Virus genome (UHGV): UHGV-0101678
Length of the DNA: 11,799 bases
From: a virus
Strand: one strand, 5' to 3'
Shown: positions 1 through 6,823 of the stretch, one piece after another
Layout: every line of letters begins with the position of its first letter
How positions within the stretch are numbered: the first letter of the stretch is position 1
Program-made: the position numbers and the translations under genes
The notes under the pieces: model-generated
Database searches by the model: none
What the model was told of the DNA's origin: nothing
What the model saw: only the letters and a program-made list of their open reading frames with translations

Positions 1-87
1 GATCCTGATCGTCTTGCCTTATTGAATATGATTGCTATTTGCATTTAAAATCGAGACCTGGTTTTTCTACTGAAATGATTATGACTT

Positions 88-100
88 CAATGACCCTTGA
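88..100. repeat. 13-bp direct repeat, copy 1 (caatgacccttga); copy 2 at 11745-11757
   Basis: Exact 13-mer read at both positions. A single exact 13-mer pair is expected about once by chance in a window this size, so significance is weak. Left copy lies in AT-rich DNA; right copy lies at the compositional boundary. Confidence 0.3.
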
Positions 101-155
101 ATGAAGTCTATTCGGTTTTCTAAGAGACCTGTTAATTACAGGACAATATCAGGTG

Positions 156-180
156 TAGTTGGGCTTGTTCCAACCCCTAT
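156..180. repeat. 25-bp direct repeat, copy 1 (tagttgggcttgttccaacccctat); copy 2 at 3235-3259
   Basis: 24/25 identity with the copy at 3235-3259 (single t/a difference). Contains an internal 5-bp inverted repeat gttgg / ccaac. Far too long to be a chance match. Confidence 0.7.
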
Positions 181-350
181 GACTATGCAATTTAATAGTA
201 GTTTTCCAAGTATCTAAGCAGTTTCACACAGATTCTATGCAGTATCGGTATAGTCTCTTTTTACCCTAACTCATTGAAATATATAAAGAATCTGTGAAGT
301 CTCTTTTCAGGGTAAACTGTATCGTGTTAGTCGTCCCTCTCCAGACACTA

Positions 351-390
351 CATATAGTGCTATATACAGGGCTATATAACGATATATAGA
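351..390. repeat. AT-rich reiterated motif, three copies of (g)ctatata / gatatata at about one helical turn spacing
   Basis: Read directly: catatagtgCTATATAcagggCTATATAacGATATATAga, copies starting near 359, 371 and 381. Iteron-like or protein-binding array; function unknown. Confidence 0.35.
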
Positions 391-501
391 TGTTTGGTCA
401 CCATACGTTACAGTTGCAAGAGATAACAATCAGCTATGTGAAAGTTAGGAAGTGATGGTTATAGTTACCCTCCTAAAATCTTCATAGCTCCTTCATAACC
501 A

Positions 502-624
502 GTCTTAAAAGGACTTCCTTTTGAGACACTTTCAACGTAACGGTAGAATGCACCCTCAAGGAGTCTTAAAAGGTTGTTTTTGGATTATGAGACAGCTAAA
601 CTTATGAGACTAACTTTTGAGACT
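502..624. promoter_or_regulatory. res/hix-like recombinase binding-site cluster and probable autoregulated promoter region upstream of the serine recombinase gene
   Basis: 26-bp imperfect palindrome at 502-527 (gtcttaaaagga-ct-tccttttgagac, arms 11/12 complementary). Second site 563-593 pairs gtcttaaaa with ttatgagac across a 13-bp spacer. Two further direct half-sites ttatgagac (602-610) and ttttgagac (616-624) sit just before the RBS and ATG at 639. The reverse complement TGTCTCATAA resembles the Tn3 resolvase half-site TGTCTGATAA as I recall it. Confidence 0.5.
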
Positions 625-638
625 TCTAAGGGGGATGT

Positions 639-1187
639 ATGGCGGTGATTGGTTATTGCAGGGTATCAACACAAGACCAGACTGTAGACAACCAGAAACT
701 ACAGATAGAGAAGGTTCACAAGGTCGATAAATGGTTTATTGATGAGGCTGTCTCAGGAGCTACAAAGGCCACCAGCAGAGATGGTTTTAGAGACATGATG
801 AACTATGTAAGGTGTGACGATACGTTAGTTGTGGTAGCTATTGACCGTTTAGGGCGTAATACCGTTGATGTGCTCTCTAACGTTGAGTCACTACAGACTA
901 AAGGTGTGAGAGTTGTTTCTTTACGTGAAGGTTTTGACCTGTCTACACCAATCGGTAAAGCAATGCTTACTATGATGGCTGGTTTAGCTGACCTTGAAAA
1001 AGACCTTATCAGTGAGCGTAGAAAAGCTGGTATTGAACGTGCTAAAGCTGAAGGGGTTCACATGGGAAGACCCGTAAAAGCTTCTTCAGAGACTGTAAAG
1101 ACGCTTATTTCACAAGGTAAAACGAGGTTGCAGATTCAGGAAGAGCTAGGAATCTCTAGAGCAACTTATTACAGACTTGCTAAATAA
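639..1187 (+). CDS. small serine recombinase, resolvase/invertase family (Hin/Gin/TnpR-like), 182 aa
   Basis: N-terminus MAVIGYCRVSTQDQ matches the catalytic-serine motif (compare Hin MATIGYIRVSTIDQ). AIDRLGRN motif present. C-terminal GRPVKASSETVKTLISQGKTRLQIQEELGISRATYYRL is a resolvase-type HTH. RBS aaggggg lies 4-5 nt upstream. Confidence 0.9.
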   Translation: MAVIGYCRVSTQDQTVDNQKLQIEKVHKVDKWFIDEAVSGATKATSRDGFRDMMNYVRCDDTLVVVAIDRLGRNTVDVLSNVESLQTKGVRVVSLREGFDLSTPIGKAMLTMMAGLADLEKDLISERRKAGIERAKAEGVHMGRPVKASSETVKTLISQGKTRLQIQEELGISRATYYRLAK

Positions 1188-1367
1188 GTTACTGAATAGT
1201 TACATGGATGTGACTGATATTTGGCTTTTTTGCAAAGGGGGTCACATAGCTGGTGTGACGGGTACTTAGCAGCTACAGATTGATTGCAGATATTTTCGAA
1301 GATTATCGGGGAAGGGAAATGTAGAGGGGCTAGTCATTTTTTATAAAAAATTTAGAGGCTGGATATT

Positions 1368-1405
1368 ACCTGTATAGATTTTAACCAGTATAGAAGCCTG
1401 TATAA
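1368..1405. repeat. three direct copies of cc(t/a)gtata(g/a) in the recombinase-methyltransferase intergenic region
   Basis: cctgtatag (1368-1376), ccagtatag (1385-1393), cctgtataa (1397-1405). Lies directly upstream of a small RBS-preceded ORF pair. Possible operator or iteron. Confidence 0.3.
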
Positions 1406-1871
1406 CATGAGGGGTTCCTATGGTCACTATATCCCTCTTTCCCACTAAGGAAGCCTTAGCAGCACCTAGGCAACTATTGACTAAGGTCAACTTCATAAAC
1501 TCAGAGTTAAGTTACCTTGAAAGATTCTACCAAGAAACTACACAGGTATTATTTAGTCTGACTGTGAAGAGATGTTTAACGGGAGGAAGAGAACCATGAA
1601 ACCGAAGGTAGGTTCTATCTTAACAGTGACCGTAAGAAGAGAACTTGAGAGACAACTAAACAAACCTCTTAAGTAAAAGACAACACTCCAGAAAGAGTGT
1701 CTGTTTAACAGGCTTCTCAAAAGCTCTTAAGAAATCTGTTAAGTAGGGTCATGTGAACAATCTTACCATTTTGTCAAGTGTTTTGTCTTTGACCTAAATC
1801 AATAAAATGTATCGTTTGATATGCTTTTAAACAAAATAGCTAAAAAATCTTTTTAGAGGGGCGCTTCGCTT

Positions 1872-2540
1872 GTGTCACATCCAATAATCAATGTCGGTCG
1901 TTATCATGGTGGTTCTGATGACTGGCGTACACCGTATCGTTTATTTCGTAACCTACACCGTGAATTTGGTTTTTCGATGGATGGTGCTGCAACTGAGCAT
2001 GACACGCTGTTACCACGGTTCACCGATGATATTCACAATCAATCGTGGATTGGTGAACGGGTCTTCGTTAACCCGCCGTTTAGCATGGCTGAGCAGTTCC
2101 TCCTAAAAGCCCCTGAAGCTGATGTGTGTGTATGTCTGGTTCCGCACAGGTCAAAGACAACTTACTGGCTTCGGTGTGTATATACAAACCCCTTTCTGCA
2201 TGAGATTCGAACGTTACACCGAGCAGTCAAATACCTTCCACCAGCAGGGAAGAAAGGTGTTGCAGCGCGTTCACCGTTTCCAAGTTGCGTTTTGATATAC
2301 AGGAACACACCCCGCAAACCGAAAGTTGAAGTTACCCAGACAATCTATTGTGGCGACACAATGCTTTTACTTGCCGTGGTTAACAGGGGTGGTTTACGTG
2401 GAAGACCCACCATTTACCCACCTGAGACGCTCGACAGCTTCATAAAGCTATACAGGCAAGGAAAACCCATTAAGTACATTGCAGATGCTCTCAGAATGCC
2501 TCTGAGCACGTCATACAGAATTGCTCAAAGGTTGAGCTAA
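1872..2540 (+). CDS. Dam-family (phage-type) DNA N6-adenine methyltransferase fused to a C-terminal resolvase-type HTH domain, 222 aa; GTG start uncertain
   Basis: Motifs DWRTP, FSMDGAAT, VFVNPPF (NPPF catalytic motif), PHRSKTTYW, HEIRT and SPFPSCV match the phage Dam N6-adenine methyltransferase family. The C-terminal roughly 50 aa (GRPTIYPPETLDSFIKLYRQGKPIKYIADALRMPLSTSYRIAQRL) resembles the HTH of serine recombinases. Putative RBS agagggg 10 nt upstream of GTG. Confidence 0.8.
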   Translation: MSHPIINVGRYHGGSDDWRTPYRLFRNLHREFGFSMDGAATEHDTLLPRFTDDIHNQSWIGERVFVNPPFSMAEQFLLKAPEADVCVCLVPHRSKTTYWLRCVYTNPFLHEIRTLHRAVKYLPPAGKKGVAARSPFPSCVLIYRNTPRKPKVEVTQTIYCGDTMLLLAVVNRGGLRGRPTIYPPETLDSFIKLYRQGKPIKYIADALRMPLSTSYRIAQRLS

Positions 2541-2580
2541 AATTCTCATATAGAGCACTGATTATGAGAATGTTAAAGAG

Positions 2581-2613
2581 GCGATTTCCCCTGTCTGGGG
2601 TTATTCGCTTTTT
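2581..2613 (+). terminator. rho-independent terminator-like hairpin downstream of the methyltransferase gene
   Basis: gcga-ttt-cccc-tgtct-gggg-ttat-tcgc followed by ttttt. A diverged second copy of the same roughly 40-bp element is at about 2744-2783. Confidence 0.45.
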
Positions 2614-3002
2614 ACTGGAAGGGTTATTTTACAGAGGTTTTTCAAACCCCCTCAATAATAGAAACGAGCAACAAACGAAGAGCGAGAAATAAAATATTGA
2701 GACTGGTGAACGGGGTCTGTAAAGATTGTTTAAGAAGTCGGTTAAGAAGGTGGCTCTCCCTTTCTGGGGTTATCGCCTTGTATCTTAGTGAGTCCAGGAA
2801 GTTCTCTGTGAAGAGTCTTGTCAGTCCTTTATATTGGCTAATTACAACTTATTGAAAAATAAGAACTTTTAGAAATTACTGTCAGAGAGGTGAATACTTG
2901 ATAGATACAGCTTTCCGGTTCTGTCAAGCTATTTTTTAATAGATAGCACAAAATGCTAAAGATGCCCCTATACCATCACGTACAGGGGGTTTTGAAGGGA
3001 GT

Positions 3003-3179
3003 TTAACGGGGTTCTGTGTGGTCATTATCCTTAAGGTCAAGCGTCCATGTACGACCGAACAATCGGAACACAACAAGCACTCTGACGAGGACGTAGCGAA
3101 GTAGCAGGCCTGCAAGCAGTCCAACACCTCCACCAGTCCATACATCAGGTGACCCCAGTTCAGGAGGGAGATTTACCAT
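3003..3179 (-). CDS. candidate small hydrophobic protein (58 aa, one predicted transmembrane helix); speculative
   Basis: Minus-strand ORF with ATG at 3179 preceded by AGGA about 8 nt upstream. Product MVNLPPELGSPDVWTGGGVGLLAGLLLRYVLVRVLVVFRLFGRTW... has a Gly/Leu/Val-rich membrane-helix-like segment. Could be a chance ORF over a locally GC-richer patch. Confidence 0.25.
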   Translation of the reverse strand: MVNLPPELGSPDVWTGGGVGLLAGLLLRYVLVRVLVVFRLFGRTWTLDLKDNDHTEPR

Positions 3180-3234
3180 TAAATTTCCTGTGTGCAATGC
3201 AATACCATGTGACCAAATACATAGTTGATTCGGT

Positions 3235-3259
3235 TAGTTGGGCTTGTACCAACCCCTAT
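3235..3259. repeat. 25-bp direct repeat, copy 2 (tagttgggcttgtaccaacccctat)
   Basis: 24/25 identical to 156-180. Flanked by a short inverted repeat attcg (3228-3232) / cgaat (3260-3264). Upstream attcggtt also occurs at 110-117 near copy 1. Confidence 0.7.
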
Positions 3260-3346
3260 CGAATAAACCTCATAGCCACGCCTTTATATTTTCCCTCTCT
3301 CATAAAACCATTATACCACAGATGTTAATGAAATGTTAAAAAATGC

Positions 3347-3375
3347 TTGACATTAGTCTTTGAAACTGCTAAGAT
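3347..3375 (+). promoter_or_regulatory. sigma70-like promoter for the small-gene operon
   Basis: -35 ttgaca (3347-3352), 17-bp spacer, -10 taagat (3370-3375); followed by RBS gaggg and ATG at 3427. Confidence 0.4.
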
Positions 3376-3426
3376 TGTATATATGAGTTAACAGAATAAT
3401 AACATCTTATGAGGGTCAGAATATGA

Positions 3427-3981
3427 ATGAGAGACGCAGAATTTAGAGCGATGCTTCAGGCATCAAGAGAACGCAACAAGCACAACTCCTACGCTTACAC
3501 AGACACCCCCACCAGCCACGAAGTACCCAAGTTCACCAGAGCAGAACGCAAAGGCATTGACGAAGTAATTCGGGCAATTACACCGAGGAGTCGTTATATG
3601 CCAACCAGAAAGAGCACGAAGAACACTATTAAAAATTATCTGGCTAACTTTGATTCTTACGAGCAACTACCATCAAAAATTGAAGATTTAATTATCGGAT
3701 TTTGCAGAAGTGAAGGTCACCCGAAATACAACAAAAAACTATTTTATATTCTAAAGAATCTTGATGAAATTAACGCAGCCAGCGTGACAAATTATCTTCA
3801 AAGACAAGCAACCAGACTTAGCTACGAATTACCAAGCGATAAATATTGTGCATTGCTTGCTGTAATGTGTGCAAAGCTGATTGGTATTGTTGAACATCAT
3901 ATTGCCGTTGGGAATATTGAGCCAATGGAAAACGAGCAACCAGACTTTGAGTTTGACCCGTATATTTTGGAGGAATTTTAA
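3427..3981 (+). CDS. hypothetical protein, 184 aa, first gene of operon
   Basis: Long ORF with RBS (gaggg) and upstream promoter-like element. No motif recognised by eye. Confidence 0.6.
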   Translation: MRDAEFRAMLQASRERNKHNSYAYTDTPTSHEVPKFTRAERKGIDEVIRAITPRSRYMPTRKSTKNTIKNYLANFDSYEQLPSKIEDLIIGFCRSEGHPKYNKKLFYILKNLDEINAASVTNYLQRQATRLSYELPSDKYCALLAVMCAKLIGIVEHHIAVGNIEPMENEQPDFEFDPYILEEF

Positions 3982-3982
3982 A

Positions 3983-4264
3983 ATGAAAACCAGACACACA
4001 CTAACCAGAGTTACAAAGACAGCCTTTGAAGAACTTAACAAAATTAAGAAGGTTACAGGTCTTTCACATGCAGCAGTGATGAAGCTTGCAATTAACCGTG
4101 ATATTAACGAGCAGGATTTGCTTAATAGTCGCTTAGAGGCAGCAAGACACCATATCCGGATTAAGAAAGATGACCTTGATAGTCTGAAATCTTTAAATGC
4201 TTTTGGACTGGATTTAGCAAGGTTGCTAAGCATCAAAATTAACAAGCTATCTCAAGAGGTCTGA
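3983..4264 (+). CDS. ribbon-helix-helix (CopG/Arc-like) DNA-binding protein, 93 aa
   Basis: Start moved to ATG 3983 (RBS ggagg 3971-3975; the previous gene stops at 3981). N-terminal TLTRVTKTAFEELNKIKKVTGLSHAAVMKLAIN follows the beta-alpha-alpha pattern of CopG-type RHH proteins. The track start at 3881 would overlap the upstream gene. Confidence 0.55.
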   Translation: MKTRHTLTRVTKTAFEELNKIKKVTGLSHAAVMKLAINRDINEQDLLNSRLEAARHHIRIKKDDLDSLKSLNAFGLDLARLLSIKINKLSQEV

Positions 4265-4266
4265 CT

Positions 4267-4539
4267 ATGAAGCAATGGCGAGATGATATTAAACGGTTCT
4301 TTGCAACTTACTTCATGATTAATTACGAAACAGGAATGCTTGAATGGATTGATGGTGGAGAGGTTAAGACAAGAGATGACGCTTACGGTAATCCAATGAT
4401 TCGTTATGGCACTCGTGATTATTATGTGAAATATGTCATCTGGTTTTTGCATCATGAAGTTCAGGCAACTAAAAAGATTATCTTCAGGGATGGTAATAAA
4501 AGAAATTGCCACCCAAACAATTTACTACTGGAGATTTAA
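4267..4539 (+). CDS. HNH_3-like protein, 90 aa, with degenerate catalytic motif (likely inactive or domesticated HNH)
   Basis: C-terminal DYYVKYVIWFLHHEV...IIFRDGNKRNCHPNNLLLEI parallels the phage HNH_3 signature (YYxHRLxW...DHIDGNxxNNxxxNL), but HRL is replaced by KYV and DHIDG by FRDG. RBS agagg upstream; 2-nt gap from the preceding gene. Confidence 0.55.
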   Translation: MKQWRDDIKRFFATYFMINYETGMLEWIDGGEVKTRDDAYGNPMIRYGTRDYYVKYVIWFLHHEVQATKKIIFRDGNKRNCHPNNLLLEI

Positions 4540-4739
4540 TGTTATGTATTAAATTCGAATATTTGACAGATAAAATGATTAAGCATGTATCAGACCTGCT
4601 CATCAAAGAAGGTGGTTTCGGTGATGCTTGCAATCCAAAAGATATCTTCATTCATGCCACCAGCCCAAACGCAACACTAAAGACAGCAGTTACAGCGGAA
4701 TGGTTTGAACGAAATAAAGCGGAATTAGGTTATTGGTAG
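4539..4739 (+). CDS. hypothetical small protein, 66 aa (translationally coupled)
   Basis: ATG at 4539 overlaps the upstream stop (TAATG) with ggag 5 nt upstream. The track ORF start at 4506 lies inside the upstream gene. Confidence 0.45.
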   Translation: MLCIKFEYLTDKMIKHVSDLLIKEGGFGDACNPKDIFIHATSPNATLKTAVTAEWFERNKAELGYW

Positions 4740-4918
4740 TCCGAGACTTTAAGAGAAATTAGAAAAACAGCTTCTCAGACGCTCTCAATCGCATTCTAAC
4801 GCAAAAAACTACCTTATTTTAGGGTGGGTAATACCACTGTGCAGGCTACCCCTGAAAAAGACTGTTTAGCTCGTTACAGAGCGATTGAGGAGGTCTGGTA
4901 AAAAGGAGATTTTAAGAA

Positions 4919-5242
4919 ATGAATAATTACGAATTACAGATTTTCGTTGATAGCGACACCACCATGATGATTCAGGCTTTCACTGATGCAGATATTATCA
5001 TTGACTTTGATAAGTTGTTAGAGTTAATGGCTGATAATGCGGAAAGCATCTCTGACTTTATTCAGTCGGTGGAGTTTAACGAGCCTCGAATGATGCTACC
5101 AATTACAGACTCAAACATGAAAAGATTGGTTATCGAGCAAACGAACAAATACAGTATTTCCCCAGAGCAATTTTTGAAAGGTGCTGTGACAATCCTGTAC
5201 AGCGATAATATTCTGGTGACGGATTCTGTGAGGGTTCACTAA
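4919..5242 (+). CDS. hypothetical acidic protein, 107 aa
   Basis: ORF with RBS aaggag about 10 nt upstream of ATG. No recognisable motif. Confidence 0.5.
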   Translation: MNNYELQIFVDSDTTMMIQAFTDADIIIDFDKLLELMADNAESISDFIQSVEFNEPRMMLPITDSNMKRLVIEQTNKYSISPEQFLKGAVTILYSDNILVTDSVRVH

Positions 5243-5342
5243 TGATGTTAATTGTATTGTGGACACTGCTAGGGGTATTTGTTGGCTGCATTATTAACAA
5301 TGCGGTAAATAAGAATTGATGTTACCAATCTGTTAAAAGCTG

Positions 5343-5371
5343 TTGACAAATAACCTTGAGCATGACATAAT
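5343..5371 (+). promoter_or_regulatory. near-consensus sigma70 promoter driving a non-coding region
   Basis: -35 ttgaca (5343-5348), 17-bp spacer, -10 cataat (5366-5371), then tgtatatat. No convincing RBS-preceded ORF follows for about 400 bp. Confidence 0.45.
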
Positions 5372-5542
5372 TGTATATATAGGGAGAGCAATTCTCTCTT
5401 ATTTTTCTTTCAATAATCCGATGGATAGATATTCTGAGTTGGAAAGGTGCAATGCTTTTCGCTACATGGCCTTTCAGGTTGGTCTGAGAGGTCATCTCGA
5501 AAAGTCTTTGTTCATTCATTCGTTTGAATCCTTTACAGCTTT

Positions 5543-5570
5543 GCCCTAATCATGATTAGGGCTTTCTTTA
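5543..5570 (+). terminator. perfect 20-bp palindrome followed by a T-rich tract (terminator-like; alternatively a dimeric protein operator)
   Basis: gccctaatcatgattagggc (5543-5562) is exactly self-complementary, followed by tttcttta. Confidence 0.35.
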
Positions 5571-5769
5571 AGAGTTTTTAAACAGACTTTTAAAGAAAGT
5601 TTTCCTGAAACTTCGTTAACGTTATAAGCAAACCTTCAAAGCCCTTCACAGATTATGTTTAGGGCTTTTCTTAATAGAGCATCTTTAATAAATCGTTAAG
5701 TCATCTTCTAAGTGTATTGGCGTTGAAGGTGCTCTATTAAGAAATAACCACACTTAGAGGAAAATTATA

Positions 5770-6480
5770 ATGACAAACGATTTATATATTAACGGTAGAA
5801 AGGTTGATAGCTTCGGTGACTGGTCGCCACAGACTGAACATCCAGCTATCGCTATTCAGCGTAAAGAACACGATGAAAGAATTAAGCTTGAGCAATCGCT
5901 AAAGATGTCACCAAAAACAACCATCTTTGTGTATCCTGAACCTCAGGAGATGCCTGATGTTTGCAAAACTGAATCATTACTTGAGCTTGAAAAGAAATAT
6001 TACCCACTGCTAAAAGCACAGCGTATTAAGCTTGATATTGCTTACGACAATGTGAAGAACTTTGAAGAGACTGAGAAGCCAACTGATTTTGATATTGAAG
6101 TGAAAATTAGACAAAACCCATTCGTATATTACTCAGTTGAGGATAATGATGGTTTTGGTACAGCAAGAGAGAATATCTCAAAAGTTCTTCAAAACATCCC
6201 TGAAGGATTCCGTTTAATTGATGTTAGACCAGCTTCACGCGGTACAGGTTCATATATTTTACTGTCTGATAAAACAGATGAAGAGATTTGTCAGTTAGCT
6301 GAAAAGAATCTACTTGAGCGTCATAGCAAAAAGTTAAACAGATTTAAGCAAGAACTTGCTAACCAGCTTCAGGCTATGAAAGAGCTTGTGAAAGAATATG
6401 AAGATGCTAAGAAGGTTGCTATGCAGGCCGATATTGAGCAGCTTACGAAGATTTCTCAGAAATATGCAAAGGCTATTTGA
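5770..6480 (+). CDS. hypothetical protein, 236 aa, with C-terminal coiled-coil-like segment; first gene of the tail-like block
   Basis: ORF with RBS agagg about 9 nt upstream. C-terminus rich in heptad-like K/E/L/A residues. Position relative to the tape-measure gene suggests a structural or assembly role, unproven. Confidence 0.6.
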   Translation: MTNDLYINGRKVDSFGDWSPQTEHPAIAIQRKEHDERIKLEQSLKMSPKTTIFVYPEPQEMPDVCKTESLLELEKKYYPLLKAQRIKLDIAYDNVKNFEETEKPTDFDIEVKIRQNPFVYYSVEDNDGFGTARENISKVLQNIPEGFRLIDVRPASRGTGSYILLSDKTDEEICQLAEKNLLERHSKKLNRFKQELANQLQAMKELVKEYEDAKKVAMQADIEQLTKISQKYAKAI

Positions 6481-6488
6481 GGTGATTA

Positions 6489-6797
6489 ATGAATGATTTA
6501 ACAGAACGCGATGAAGCAACTAAATTTTTAATTGAGCATTTTGAAGGTAAATTACAGGGGATTCGAACGACTCTTGATGATATACAGACATACAGTGAAT
6601 ATATCATTGCCAGTTTGAAGGAAAAAACTCTTGATGAGCTAAAGTATATGGGGCGAGATGACTTAACAGTTTCCCTTATCGACCTCAAAGACAAAGTAGC
6701 TGCGCTCGATAAAGAGTATTATGAGACCTTTCTTTCACTTCGTTACGAAATTGTAAAGAACGAACGCGGTGTAGAGTGCCTTCGCTTCTTAGATTAA
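6489..6797 (+). CDS. hypothetical small protein, 102 aa
   Basis: ATG 6489 with RBS gaggtga. N-terminus MNDLTERDE is paralogous to the next ORF. Confidence 0.55.
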   Translation: MNDLTERDEATKFLIEHFEGKLQGIRTTLDDIQTYSEYIIASLKEKTLDELKYMGRDDLTVSLIDLKDKVAALDKEYYETFLSLRYEIVKNERGVECLRFLD

Positions 6798-6823
6798 AAT
6801 CGAATTAAAAAAGGTGGTGGTGA

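Noticed and set aside
156-180. 25-bp repeat as a tRNA 3' fragment (common att target)
   Set aside because: The gttgg-gcttgtt-ccaac hairpin lacks the T-loop consensus (GTTCRANYC) and there is no acceptor-stem/CCA-like continuation. No tRNA gene is evident anywhere in the window.
88-180. Identification of the flanking repeats as integron attC sites or Vibrio cholerae repeats (that is, a PLE-type satellite in a superintegron)
   Set aside because: The elements are reminiscent (a GTTRRRY-like core inside the 25-mer, a large serine integrase), but I cannot reproduce the consensus from memory reliably and the sequences do not obviously match. Left as an untested comparison rather than a claim.
1891-2106. 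71-aa plus-strand ORF inside the methyltransferase gene in another frame
   Set aside because: Overlaps the region encoding the conserved methyltransferase motifs (DWRTP, NPPF) in a different frame. Almost certainly spurious.
2118-2130. Short (tg)n-like tract tgtgtgtgtatgt inside the methyltransferase gene as a phase-variation switch
   Set aside because: Only about four uninterrupted dinucleotide units, too short for efficient slipped-strand mispairing. It encodes the conserved VCVCLVP segment.
2936-3145. 69-aa minus-strand ORF overlapping the candidate hydrophobic ORF
   Set aside because: Cys/Ser-rich product with no RBS, overlapping the marginally better 3003-3179 candidate. Not supportable.
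3881-3982. Track start codons at 3881 (127-aa ORF) and 9309 (TTG, 264-aa ORF)
   Set aside because: 3881 would overlap the preceding gene by 100 nt with no RBS, whereas ATG 3983 has ggagg upstream. 9309 is a TTG without an RBS, whereas ATG 9330 has aaggag 7 nt upstream. The downstream starts were adopted.
3829-4245. 138-aa minus-strand ORF, plus the similar antisense ORFs at 3463-3666, 4252-4512, 6334-6519, 6473-6694, 7012-7458 and 8785-9024 and the plus-strand ORF at 11031-11228
   Set aside because: Each lies entirely antisense to or inside a better-supported gene with recognisable motifs or operon context. None has a convincing RBS, and their products are low-complexity. Treated as shadow ORFs.
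5322-5549. Small ORFs on both strands of the non-coding region (5343-5549 plus strand, 5322-5519 minus strand)
   Set aside because: The plus-strand ORF starts at the TTG of the -35 box and its first ATG (5421) has no RBS. The minus-strand ORF has a weak aagga but would read through the promoter. The region is better explained as RNA or regulatory DNA, though a small protein cannot be excluded.
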